From Thermoplasmatota archaeon (GTDB lineage: Archaea; Thermoplasmatota; E2; DHVEG-1): a stretch of DNA of 64,000 nt. The stretch is from assembly GCA_029939595.1 (NCBI GenBank), contig JAOZSQ010000004.1, positions 1,872 through 65,871 on the forward strand, read 5' to 3'. The translations under genes were made by a program, and so were the position numbers. The notes below the pieces were generated by a model. The model saw only the letters and a list, made by a program, of their open reading frames with translations, was not told the DNA's origin and made no database searches. Of this stretch, positions 10,326 to 20,105 are shown one piece after another. Positions within the stretch are counted from its first letter, which is position 1, and every line of letters begins with the position of its first letter.

Positions 10326-10541
10326 TTATCATATTAAACATCTTTTACTATCAAATCAAACAAATAAGAAATTATATTATCCTCATAAAGAGAACGACTC
10401 TATATTGTCTTTATCATCGAAAAACTGAGGCATTTATTGTTTGATTTCAGCATTGTATTTTTTGATGGATCATATGAATGTTATACTTTTTCCAATTATA
10501 TTTATAAAGATGAATTTCATTCAACTTATTGGTGAAGAAAC

Positions 10542-11093
10542 TTGAAATGGAAAGATAGATCAGCATATGCGTTTATTAAAACAAAGCAGGGAAAGGCAAA
10601 CGAAGTTTGGGAACGTTTTAAAAACTGGGAAAATATGATTGGTGCATGGATTGTAACAGGTGAATATGATGTTGTTACCTGGTTTGATGCAAAAAATTGG
10701 GATACAATCCATGATTGCATAGCTACAATAAAGGGCTGGGATGATGTAGAAGAAACAAAGACTCATTTGGTTCATGATGGATATAAGAATAATAAATGGT
10801 GGTGGGATAAACCAGTTGGAGCATGGATGTTACTTAAAGAAAATAGGTTAGATGACACTTCAAAAAATATGGAGCAATGGGATTGGGTCACAAGTGGTGC
10901 TAGTATTCCAGGGGAATGGGATTACATGGCCTGGATAGAAGGCGATAACTGGGATGAAATTTGGGGTCACGTCATGGAAATAAAGTCAAATGAATGGAGG
11001 ACTTCTACAATAGTTCCAATTAAATCCTGGTGGAATCAATCCTGGAAAGATAATTGGTGGGGAAATTATCAAACAATGCCAGAAATCAGATAA
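10542..11093 (+). CDS. Trp-rich protein with tandem Lrp/AsnC ligand-binding-like (RAM) domains, no HTH
   Basis: AYAFIKT...VTGEYDVV and a second repeat GAWMLLK...IPGEWDYM; 23 Trp in 183 aa; GGTGA RBS before the TTG start. Confidence 0.7.
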   Translation: MKWKDRSAYAFIKTKQGKANEVWERFKNWENMIGAWIVTGEYDVVTWFDAKNWDTIHDCIATIKGWDDVEETKTHLVHDGYKNNKWWWDKPVGAWMLLKENRLDDTSKNMEQWDWVTSGASIPGEWDYMAWIEGDNWDEIWGHVMEIKSNEWRTSTIVPIKSWWNQSWKDNWWGNYQTMPEIR

Positions 11094-11154
11094 AAAATAT
11101 AATTATTGATGATAACTGCAATTTCAATGTTATCATCATATCCTTTTTTTTATT

Positions 11155-14100
11155 TTAATCCCATTTTCTTTGTTTCCAATCACGAGCAATAACAATGAAT
11201 GTAAGCATGAATACACTTACAATATAGATCATGTTATCTGGCATCATTGTCCCTTGATCAATGGTAAAGTTTTGATTTTGATTCTCTGCTAAATCATAGA
11301 TGTGCCAATCATAAAAAAATACATCTGCATAATATGATGCAACATCTGTCGATTCAATGATTACACCAACCTCTCTGTTTTTCATGATGGAATTTTCATT
11401 CCAATTAATGGAGGATATAAGGACTGTGTTATTATCAATGATCATTCCCTTGTTATGGATGTTTGAAAAGGGAGATGAGTTTGTATAAATAAACTGGGTT
11501 TGTATGCCATATTTTTCGAAGAGTTGTTTTGTTTCATTACATCTTATAATGGTGCTTTTGTAATAGGGATTATAGTTGAAGATTACCTTTATGTCAAGTC
11601 CTTGTTGTGCTTTTGTAATTAGTTCTTGAATCAAAGGGTTCATTTTTCCTTCCCACTCTGGATAGATGTAGAGTTGTTGAATATAGATGCTATGTTGTGC
11701 CTGTAGGATCATGGATTCAATGAGATGGAGGCTGGTATCTGGTGAGAAAACAGGCGTGATTGTTGCAGTTGAGTTGAGATATTTTGTAAGAAATGGATGT
11801 TCATATTTCCCATAGATTGTGGAAGCGCCCATATAGAAATCCGCAGGTATTGTGTGATTCAGGTTATGAAATGGGATAATATCGGGTCTGCTCTGATTGC
11901 AATCTAAATAAAAGATATTTGAAAGATATCTTGCAATACTTTGATTATGAATGATGATGCCCCATTCTCGGTTTCCAAATGAAGGGTGAACTGGAACACC
12001 AGTTTCTGCCCAGTTGCAACTTTCAATTATCAATGTTTCATTGTCAATGATTGCATATTTTGCATGATTGAACGAGTAACGAGAATATCTGTCTCTGCGG
12101 ATATCTTGTTTGATGAAGTAAATATCCGCGCCATATTCTGATAAACGATTCAAAATATAATATCCCTCATCTGAGATACCGCCAACAGGGGATCCTTCCA
12201 TTAGGATAGTGATGCTGACGTTTCTTTGTAAACAGTTGATGAGTTGGTTACAAAGATGCATGTTTGTGAATTCATACATGTTAATTTGAATACTAAAATC
12301 TGCTTTTTTAAGCACATCACTGATTGCTTGATAACTTGAATCAGGTGAAACAAATAATGATAAGGGATAATTTCCTTGAAATGAAAATGGTTTAAGGTCT
12401 GTTTGTCCAATAAAAAAGATCCTTGAATGATTAAAATCTTCCATTGTATTGGTATCAATATAGAAATTGTTTTCTTGCATTCTTTTATAGATCTGCCCGG
12501 GTGATCCAAGAGGTATTGATGATTGATTCCAATGGGTATGGTTATGAAATGATATATTTCCATAACAGATGAAATCAATGCTGTGATTGAAAATGTTTTT
12601 CAATGCAACCGCATCACCTGTATTGCCCATTGTAAAACTTGTTGATCCAATCATCTGAACAATATTCTCATTAGTGTTTTCTTTATATTCAAAATCAGCT
12701 TGAAACCCAGTTTGATTGTAGAATGATCCTGCTTTTTGTGTGATATATAAATGTGAGAAAGCTTTGATAAATGAGTTGTTTGGAAATTGAATAATACATT
12801 GGTCCTCATAATTTTTAAAAGGGGTATTTGTCAGATAAAATCCTGTGAGATTTATAGATATGTTACTTGGATTATAAATACTGAGATATTCATTTGCAAT
12901 TCCTGGGTAATTATGGTAATAAAACTCTGAGATGAGTAGTTGTTTTTCTATCTTTGTTGGTGATGTGTTTGTTATCGTAAATTCGATCTGATTTTCATTG
13001 TTGTATTCATCGAGTTCCTTAATATTTTCTTCATGATCTACAATTACATAAATAGTGTGTTTTCCAAGTGATAATCTACTTGTGTCAAGAAGAATGGAAG
13101 GATATTTTTGGTATTTTCCAATATCTTCATATGTTTTTGATCCAATGTAATGATTATCATCTATTGTATCACAGAAGAAAGAAACATAAACATTGCTTGC
13201 GTTTTTGTTTCCTGTGTTTTTACAATATGCTTTTATTTTCAGGTTTCTACCTTGTCCAATGGTATCAATTTCGTTCCAGTTGGAGTCATATGTTTTTATA
13301 TTTGGTATTGTAAGATCTGGTGCGATTATTTCAAATGAGAATGAATGTAGATCTTGACTGTCTAGATCTTTTTGAGATTGAATAAAAAGAAGAAGAGTTC
13401 CATGGCTGAATTCATTTCTTTGAATGCTACTTTGTGTTACTTTAATGCTTATGTTTTCATGGTGTTTACTTGTGATCTGGATGGTTTTTATGGAAGGTTT
13501 TGCATGCCATCCATGGCTGATATCTTCAATTTTTACCGTGTAAGTATCATTGAAATCTCCGGTATTTTCAATGGTGAGGGGAATAGTGATGCTTTTTTGT
13601 GGTTTTGTTTCAAATGATGATGTTTCTGTTTTGATGCGTGTGTTGTATTGACCTTGTGAGATTGTGATGTTATCTTTAATCATTATTTTTTGATTATTTT
13701 CGTTTAAAAAATAGAGTGTGTAGTTTGATCCAGTGGGACATGAGAGTTTTACAAATCCGTCTGTTGATGATAAACCTTCATTTATGGAGTTGTTTTCACT
13801 TGAATAAATGCTTAGGATTTCACTATTTTTGTTAGAAAGTAATAGTCGTTGATTCTGAGGTGGTGAGAGTTCATTTTCTGTGAGGGTGGTTACATAATAT
13901 CCACCTGGAATTGCGTTTTTTGTTGACGTGTCCATGTCCAAAAGATTTACTTCTTTATTGAATTCAGTGGTAATGGTTTTTTCCCGGATTTTAATATGAA
14001 AAAATGCTGTTTGTTGATGGGTGATGTATTCTTTGTATGTCTTGTAGTTGGTGTTGAATCTAAGATGTACCCATTGGGAATATGAGCCAGTTTCATTTGG

Positions 14101-14940
14101 GGTGATATTGAAAAGATATCTGTCTGAATATTGCCATTGGTTAAGGTCCCATGTTTGACTTGCAATAGAGTGAGTAGAATTATCTGCTTGGATGGCTACT
14201 TTCATTTCATAAAAATTACTACTACTGAAATTTTGAAGTTGTATTTGAATGGAGAATGGAAGGCTGTATGAGTCTGAGGTATATGCTTTTGGGATAAAAC
14301 TTGGAGCCATGGTGATGGAGATGTTTCCTTTTGATGTGTAAATATTCGTGTCACCGGGTGTTGGAGTATGTGTTTCTTTAAAATCGTTAATGCTGTTGTT
14401 TGTGTCTATAAATGTGGTTCTTATAATACTCATTGCTTCTTGAATACTTGGAATTGGTTCTCCTGGTATTTCAGGGTAATCTTCACCCCATTCAACACTA
14501 TCGACGTGGTATCCAGTTTGGTTTTTAAGGATGATCATATCGTTAAGGTTTCCAAGACCGTTTCCTATTGATAAATCATCAACAGTAAGAAGTAATATGT
14601 TGGATGGAATAGTTGTGTTGTTGTATAGCTCTGTTCCTTTATCTGTGATGATACAGTATTGATTTGAGGGTAGTATCATGCTATTATTGCCTATAATCAT
14701 GTATGGTTCAAGGGTGTCTGTTTGAAAGTTATCTGTAATTGTCCATTGACTCATGTTGATTGATTTGTTTGTAGGGTTGTATATTTCAATCCATTCATGG
14801 GTGTTATCGTTTTCAAGGGGATTGATCATGATTTCGTTAATGATTGGATTTGAATCGACTATGGGAGATTGAAATAAAATATATGTGAAAGCTAGGATAA
14901 AAATAAAAGTTTGGATGATGCTCCAGTTATTTGATGTCAT
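11155..14940 (-). CDS. Large exported phospholipase D-family protein with two lamin-tail domains, CARDB and C-terminal TM anchor
   Basis: Two HKD motifs (HAKYAIID, HNKGMIID); IINEIM..EWIEIYN and ISEFY..EYLSIYN LTD motifs; PDL...NTG...DELDEYNN CARDB; C-terminal TM. Confidence 0.85.
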   Translation of the reverse strand: MTSNNWSIIQTFIFILAFTYILFQSPIVDSNPIINEIMINPLENDNTHEWIEIYNPTNKSINMSQWTITDNFQTDTLEPYMIIGNNSMILPSNQYCIITDKGTELYNNTTIPSNILLLTVDDLSIGNGLGNLNDMIILKNQTGYHVDSVEWGEDYPEIPGEPIPSIQEAMSIIRTTFIDTNNSINDFKETHTPTPGDTNIYTSKGNISITMAPSFIPKAYTSDSYSLPFSIQIQLQNFSSSNFYEMKVAIQADNSTHSIASQTWDLNQWQYSDRYLFNITPNETGSYSQWVHLRFNTNYKTYKEYITHQQTAFFHIKIREKTITTEFNKEVNLLDMDTSTKNAIPGGYYVTTLTENELSPPQNQRLLLSNKNSEILSIYSSENNSINEGLSSTDGFVKLSCPTGSNYTLYFLNENNQKIMIKDNITISQGQYNTRIKTETSSFETKPQKSITIPLTIENTGDFNDTYTVKIEDISHGWHAKPSIKTIQITSKHHENISIKVTQSSIQRNEFSHGTLLLFIQSQKDLDSQDLHSFSFEIIAPDLTIPNIKTYDSNWNEIDTIGQGRNLKIKAYCKNTGNKNASNVYVSFFCDTIDDNHYIGSKTYEDIGKYQKYPSILLDTSRLSLGKHTIYVIVDHEENIKELDEYNNENQIEFTITNTSPTKIEKQLLISEFYYHNYPGIANEYLSIYNPSNISINLTGFYLTNTPFKNYEDQCIIQFPNNSFIKAFSHLYITQKAGSFYNQTGFQADFEYKENTNENIVQMIGSTSFTMGNTGDAVALKNIFNHSIDFICYGNISFHNHTHWNQSSIPLGSPGQIYKRMQENNFYIDTNTMEDFNHSRIFFIGQTDLKPFSFQGNYPLSLFVSPDSSYQAISDVLKKADFSIQINMYEFTNMHLCNQLINCLQRNVSITILMEGSPVGGISDEGYYILNRLSEYGADIYFIKQDIRRDRYSRYSFNHAKYAIIDNETLIIESCNWAETGVPVHPSFGNREWGIIIHNQSIARYLSNIFYLDCNQSRPDIIPFHNLNHTIPADFYMGASTIYGKYEHPFLTKYLNSTATITPVFSPDTSLHLIESMILQAQHSIYIQQLYIYPEWEGKMNPLIQELITKAQQGLDIKVIFNYNPYYKSTIIRCNETKQLFEKYGIQTQFIYTNSSPFSNIHNKGMIIDNNTVLISSINWNENSIMKNREVGVIIESTDVASYYADVFFYDWHIYDLAENQNQNFTIDQGTMMPDNMIYIVSVFMLTFIVIARDWKQRKWD

Positions 14941-15037
14941 TATGATTAAATCCCCTTAAATAAAACCCCCTTGAGGTAAAAAGTATTTATAAATATATCG
15001 TTAAAACAATAATAATACTTATTCTTAAAAAAATAAG

Positions 15038-15108
15038 AGGGCGGAGAGGGATTTGAACCCCCGTATGAGGATCTGCAGTCCCCCACATAGCCGCTTTGTT
15101 ACCCGCCC
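15038..15108 (-). tRNA. tRNA-Cys(GCA), intronless, CCA not encoded
   Basis: Reverse complement GGGCGGG..., anticodon arm GGGGA-CTGCAGA-TCCTC, T arm GGGGG-TTCAAAT-CCCTC, acceptor TCCGCCC plus U discriminator. Confidence 0.95.
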
Positions 15109-15400
15109 GAAAATAGTGGTTACCCTACCTAATGTAGGTTACCTACCCTATGCGTACCCCGTGAATTCAGTTCTTGGTTTTAATTCTTTTGGTTCAATTG
15201 CTCCTAATAATGCACTTAACAAATTGTGTGTAGGTCTTCGATTTAAAAAAAACGTTCCATTTGTTAGAGACATCTTTTTTTAAGCATTGTCATTGGATTA
15301 TAACAATCATTCAAAACATTATAATATTTAGATATATTTATATAATGATAATTACAATTATCCATAAGATAATACTATATTATAATTGAGGGTAAAAAAT

Positions 15401-16321
15401 ATGAAAAAGAAATCGAGTTTTTTGATAATAACACTCATAATTTTAGTTATGATTCTGCCAATAGTTACTGCAAATTTTAATAATGAAATACCAACCAATA
15501 ACTTTAGGAAAAATTCAATATTTGAAAAAATGACTGGTGGTTCCATCATGGATAATTTTGTCGAATTTCTAAAAAATTTTCCCTTTATAAATAAAACAAT
15601 TAACAGTATAAGAAATATTTTTGGGTTAGTAGAGGACAGTTCAGATGACCAAGAAGATGGCATTAATTATGAGCCATTTTATCAATCTGATACAAACGAT
15701 CCTAAATCATCAAAACCAACCGATACTAGTATTTCAGTTACAATTGAGGATTTTGATATAACTTATACAACAACAGACGATGATTTTGAATTTGATGTAT
15801 CATTTAATGGAAGAACCACAGGAAATGTCTATGCATGTTATTGGATAATTGTTTCTTATTTTAATGATGGGACTTGTAGCTATTATAACATGTGGAATGG
15901 CCCAAATCAAAAAGAAATTGAACTATCTGATACTTCTTTTGGATTAACATTCTTTGGAAAAGGTCCGGGTGGATATAGTGATTGGTCACGTTTTCAAGGC
16001 CATCAATATATGAAAGGAAAAATAGGAGATCAAGATGAAATCCCTGTTGAAATCGATAAAACTCCGGTTGAATCAGAGGAGATCACACTGGATATATATG
16101 TTGTTGATACTTTATTATATGTAAGAGCTTTTAGCGATAAAGAACTAACACAATGGAACCAAGATTCAATAAGCCTTTTTGATGAATTATCTGAAAGTAT
16201 GTACAATACTCCTCAGAGAAATCAGGGTGATGGACCTGGCAAAGGCACACCAGGTTTTGAAGTACTAACTCTTATTGCATCCTTAGGTATTGTAATAATT
16301 TTCATAAGAAAGAGAAAATAA
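15401..16321 (+). CDS. Exported acidic protein with PGF-CTERM archaeosortase sorting signal
   Basis: Signal peptide MKKKSSFLIITLIILVMILPIVTA; ends GTPGFEVLTLIASLGIVIIFIRKRK (PGF + TM + basic tail). Start moved from 15386 to ATG 15401. Confidence 0.85.
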   Translation: MKKKSSFLIITLIILVMILPIVTANFNNEIPTNNFRKNSIFEKMTGGSIMDNFVEFLKNFPFINKTINSIRNIFGLVEDSSDDQEDGINYEPFYQSDTNDPKSSKPTDTSISVTIEDFDITYTTTDDDFEFDVSFNGRTTGNVYACYWIIVSYFNDGTCSYYNMWNGPNQKEIELSDTSFGLTFFGKGPGGYSDWSRFQGHQYMKGKIGDQDEIPVEIDKTPVESEEITLDIYVVDTLLYVRAFSDKELTQWNQDSISLFDELSESMYNTPQRNQGDGPGKGTPGFEVLTLIASLGIVIIFIRKRK

Positions 16322-16407
16322 AATCAATGTTGATTGGAAGCATTTCCTCTAAAAAATTAAGTTGATCAAATATCTGGTTTAAACCTTAAAAAAATATTAG
16401 TTTTTCA

Positions 16408-17337
16408 TCAGGTTTCTTCTATCCAAATACCCGAACCAATGAAATGTAGTTTTTCTGCATTAAGATTCAATAAAAGAAATACTTCATCTTTTGTAAAACA
16501 AAATGGTTTATCTGCTGAAAAAGAGAGAGAATTATCTTTGATGTCTGTTATTGTTATTGGAATGGTCTGCATTCCAACAGTTACATGAAATTTTCCCTTT
16601 TCAACTGTCGGATAGAACTTGTTTTTTGAGAAATTAAGGGAAATATTCTGTTCAACTTGTGCACTTTCTGGTTTGCATAAAAACCTTCCTCTCACTAATT
16701 CGTCAATATGAGCACCTTTAATCGCTAAGCCCACTCTTGAGCCTGCTGCTGCTTCTTTTTCATCTTTATCCATCATCTGGATAGAACGGACAATGATCTC
16801 TTTTTTGTTAGGTAAAATATTAAGTTTATCATGAGTGTGAATTGTTCCTTGTTTAATGAATCCAAGAACAACTTCACCAATTCCTTTTACTGGAAATGAA
16901 TGATCAATGGTTACAATTGCTGGCAGGTCATGATCTTTATTAAGATTTATTTCCTGTATTTTTTCCATGATTTTATGAACATCTCTTTCTATGATTTCAA
17001 AATGATTCAGGGAAGTATCCTTAATCATTTCTTTAATTGAAGATGTATCAGAAAAAGCAGGGACAACAATGAATCCATACTTCAATTTCATTGCATCAAT
17101 CATTAACAGTGTTTCTCCAAAGGAAGGAGTAATATTTTCAGCAGATAATATTGCAGCATCAATGATGCCTAGGATCTGAGTTTTAACTGTTAGTTTATCA
17201 TCTACGGGATGAATGAAGGAATAAATTGAATCATCAAGTTTTCTGTGATAAAGAACCATGTCACTTTCCGTTGCTTTTTTCCCTAATTCTTCTGCAAGGG
17301 AGTTATCATGAAAAATTCCTATTGTTAACTGTTTCAT
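16408..17337 (-). CDS. SelB/EF-Tu-like protein with degenerate G domain (archaeal SelB-like family)
   Basis: EF-Tu domain II motifs IDHSFPVKGIGEVVLG, VRSIQM, GSRVGLAIKG; N-terminus ELGKKATESD lacks a full P-loop. Confidence 0.8.
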   Translation of the reverse strand: MKQLTIGIFHDNSLAEELGKKATESDMVLYHRKLDDSIYSFIHPVDDKLTVKTQILGIIDAAILSAENITPSFGETLLMIDAMKLKYGFIVVPAFSDTSSIKEMIKDTSLNHFEIIERDVHKIMEKIQEINLNKDHDLPAIVTIDHSFPVKGIGEVVLGFIKQGTIHTHDKLNILPNKKEIIVRSIQMMDKDEKEAAAGSRVGLAIKGAHIDELVRGRFLCKPESAQVEQNISLNFSKNKFYPTVEKGKFHVTVGMQTIPITITDIKDNSLSFSADKPFCFTKDEVFLLLNLNAEKLHFIGSGIWIEET

Positions 17338-17421
17338 AAGGACTGCATCGCTGTCTTTTACATAAAAGTATTCATTAAAAACGATATTTTTGTATGATAT
17401 TATCCAGTGAAATATATGTGA

Positions 17422-18939
17422 TTACTGGTTAGGTTGACTAATTGGCTGCCAATCAAACTCAATCCAGGGTAAAAAAAGTCCAATAATGTTTCCATTTGGG
17501 AAATACATTAGACCTGGAATTAGTTTTACAGGGCCATTTAAATCGTCCCAGTAATTCTGCCTCCATGTGTTAGAGGCAAGGAAACCTATCTTACATAGTT
17601 TTGTAAATTTTGCTTGCTCATCATTTTCAATAAAATTATTGTTTTCAATTAGGTTCTTTATAGAATAAGAACAAAACATTCCTCTTCCATTATCAACCAG
17701 GTCATTTAAAGAGATATGATTTTGATTTCCTTCTTCAACATAAATACCAGTTGAACATTTTGTTATTAAGTTAGATTTAACAACATTTTCATTGCTTCTA
17801 AAAACATAAATCCCTGAGTGAGATGATTCAATATTATTGTTTATTATGGTATTGTAGCTTCCATGTAATACTTCAATACCTGCAAAAAGAAAGTCTCCAT
17901 TAATAGTAACTTGTTTGATTGTATTGTCCGACCCATCAACATAGATTGCACTTCGTTGTTGTGTTTCTGAGACAATATTGATGTTTGTAATAGTACAATG
18001 ATTGCTGTTTATTGTTTTGATTATGTTTAATCGTTCATCATTATTGCATAAAAAAGTAAGGTTTTGAATTGATGAGAAATGTGCTGAATCTAAAAATAAA
18101 TATTCGGAAGGATTACTCGCTGATATAATTGTGCTTTCTTTATCTTGACCATTAAGATTAATGGCTTTATCTATCTGAATATTCTCATCATATGTTCCAG
18201 AATAAACAAACACAGTGTCATATTCATATGCTATGTCAATAGCATCTTGTATGTATCTAAAAGGAAAAGACTCTGATCCATCCCATGGGCCATCAATATT
18301 GTCATCATCAACAAAGATTGTGTTCTGTGGAAAAACAAAGACTTCATTGATAATAACCTCTTCAACAGGCCAATCATCCATTCTATGTTTTCTCATGGTT
18401 TCAACAGATGCAATATCTCTAATAACCTCAATTCCCTCAATTACAATACCAAAAACTGCATAGTTATCATCTAAAAACGATTGAGGACCATCACAAATAA
18501 AAAATTGACTAGTAGCACTATTAGGGTCATTTGTTCGAGCCATACTAATAGCCCCATCAACATGACGTGCATCAGGATGAATCTCCAGATCAATTGTACC
18601 AAGAGGACTTTTCGTATATGAGCCATTAACATCAAATCCTCCACCTTGAATCATAAAATCATCAATAACTCGATGAAAAACAAGTCCATTAAAAAAACCG
18701 ATATTTGCTAATTCAACAAAATTATTTACAGTTACTGGTGCAAGATCATCATAAAAAGCAAGCTTTATTGTTCCCATATTTGTATGCATAACTGCTATTG
18801 TTTGATCAAGGGAGCTAGATTGTTGATATGAGCTTTGTACTTGTGAAAGGCTACTTATTGAGGGAAGTAACAAGATAGCAACAATTAAAAAAATAAAGGT
18901 ATGAAATAGCTGTTTTTTTGAAATTATATCTGCATTCAT
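17422..18939 (-). CDS. Exported cyclophilin-type PPIase fused to a NosD/pectin-lyase-like beta-helix
   Basis: FHRVIDDFMIQGGG, ISMART..PNSATSQFFI, YAVFG; then VDDDN...IQDAID...GTYDENI and Asn-rich repeats. Confidence 0.85.
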   Translation of the reverse strand: MNADIISKKQLFHTFIFLIVAILLLPSISSLSQVQSSYQQSSSLDQTIAVMHTNMGTIKLAFYDDLAPVTVNNFVELANIGFFNGLVFHRVIDDFMIQGGGFDVNGSYTKSPLGTIDLEIHPDARHVDGAISMARTNDPNSATSQFFICDGPQSFLDDNYAVFGIVIEGIEVIRDIASVETMRKHRMDDWPVEEVIINEVFVFPQNTIFVDDDNIDGPWDGSESFPFRYIQDAIDIAYEYDTVFVYSGTYDENIQIDKAINLNGQDKESTIISASNPSEYLFLDSAHFSSIQNLTFLCNNDERLNIIKTINSNHCTITNINIVSETQQRSAIYVDGSDNTIKQVTINGDFLFAGIEVLHGSYNTIINNNIESSHSGIYVFRSNENVVKSNLITKCSTGIYVEEGNQNHISLNDLVDNGRGMFCSYSIKNLIENNNFIENDEQAKFTKLCKIGFLASNTWRQNYWDDLNGPVKLIPGLMYFPNGNIIGLFLPWIEFDWQPISQPNQ

Positions 18940-19035
18940 TCAAATATTCTCCTAAATTAATAATAATTTATCATAATATAAATCTATCTCATTAAATATG
19001 TAAATTGAGGCAAAAGGATATATTTCTGATAAAAT

Positions 19036-19740
19036 TTACATCAAGAAAGGAAGAATAACAATACTAAAAAAACGATTAGTACCATGTAATACCCATGCTC
19101 CAACAAGATTTTTTGATCTTCGACAGATTTCAATTGTTAAAAAACCCTGTACAATTGTACTGATTATAAATGGGCTAGTAAAATTTTGAGGATGCATTAA
19201 AACAAAACTTGCTAATGAAGTAACATATGCAATTTTTAAATTTGTTTTTCTTACTAAAAAGATAAATAATATTCCACGGAAAAAGAATTCTTCTGTAAAT
19301 GACTCAACAAAACTTACTACGCCTAATGGATAGTTTGAAACAAGAGCACCACCAATTATAAATTTTGCTAAAAAAGTAACTGTTAACATTATTGGAAGAA
19401 AAAGAAAACCAAGTTTCAGGCTTTTTTCAAATCCTTTTTCTGTGATTCCAAATTGTTTAAATGAATAATCTTTCTTTTTTTTCTTTGGTTTATTTTTTAA
19501 TTTCCAGGTGACAAATAAGACTATTAATGGAAGAAATACAAATAACAAAAATTTAGTGACAATATTGGCTGTTGAATTAAAACCATTTGTTAACGGCCAA
19601 TATGCAATTACAATAAAGACCATAGTAAAAAATATTGCACTAATTTCACCAATTGATCCTCGTTTATATTTCGCTGAATAAATAATAGGAATAAGCATGG
19701 GAATAAGCATAGGCCATAAAAAGAAATCAAAATAAACCAT
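19036..19740 (-). CDS. CPBP/CAAX intramembrane metalloprotease
   Basis: EEFFFRG, FVLMH and HGTNR motifs in a multi-TM protein. Confidence 0.85.
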   Translation of the reverse strand: MVYFDFFLWPMLIPMLIPIIYSAKYKRGSIGEISAIFFTMVFIVIAYWPLTNGFNSTANIVTKFLLFVFLPLIVLFVTWKLKNKPKKKKKDYSFKQFGITEKGFEKSLKLGFLFLPIMLTVTFLAKFIIGGALVSNYPLGVVSFVESFTEEFFFRGILFIFLVRKTNLKIAYVTSLASFVLMHPQNFTSPFIISTIVQGFLTIEICRRSKNLVGAWVLHGTNRFFSIVILPFLM

Positions 19741-20015
19741 TTATCTCTCACCAAAAAACAATTATAACCTTGTTATAAAAAAAGTTTTCCTTCACTTCTG
19801 AAAATGAAAATATCACTCACAAGTCATGGAAAAATTAAATTAGAAAAATTCTAACCTTTTCCAATCTGTATTTATAAGGATATTCAAATAAATATGATCT
19901 TTTGAATTGCTTTTAGTGATTAGAAATATTATGAAAGTTGTAAAATATTTATTTTAATAATATTCACCATAGTTAATTAAATGAGATGTTTTTTAACCAT
20001 ATCTCTACTTGGAAC

Positions 20016-20051
20016 ACGCAAGTTACCGTGCAAGTTACCGCGCAAGCTAAA
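20016..20051 (+). repeat. Three imperfect 12-bp tandem units
   Basis: ACGCAAGTTACC GTGCAAGTTACC GCGCAAGCTAAA; reads TQVT-VQVT-AQAK. Confidence 0.7.
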
Positions 20052-20105
20052 TTGATCCTAAATTCGACAAAATAGAAAAGTCACTTCTGCAATGAGCCTT
20101 TCCAG

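Noticed and set aside
16408-17337. True selenocysteine factor SelB / Sec recoding
   Set aside because: It lacks a complete G domain and the SelB C-terminal domain; no tRNA-Sec, selD or in-frame UGA gene was seen.
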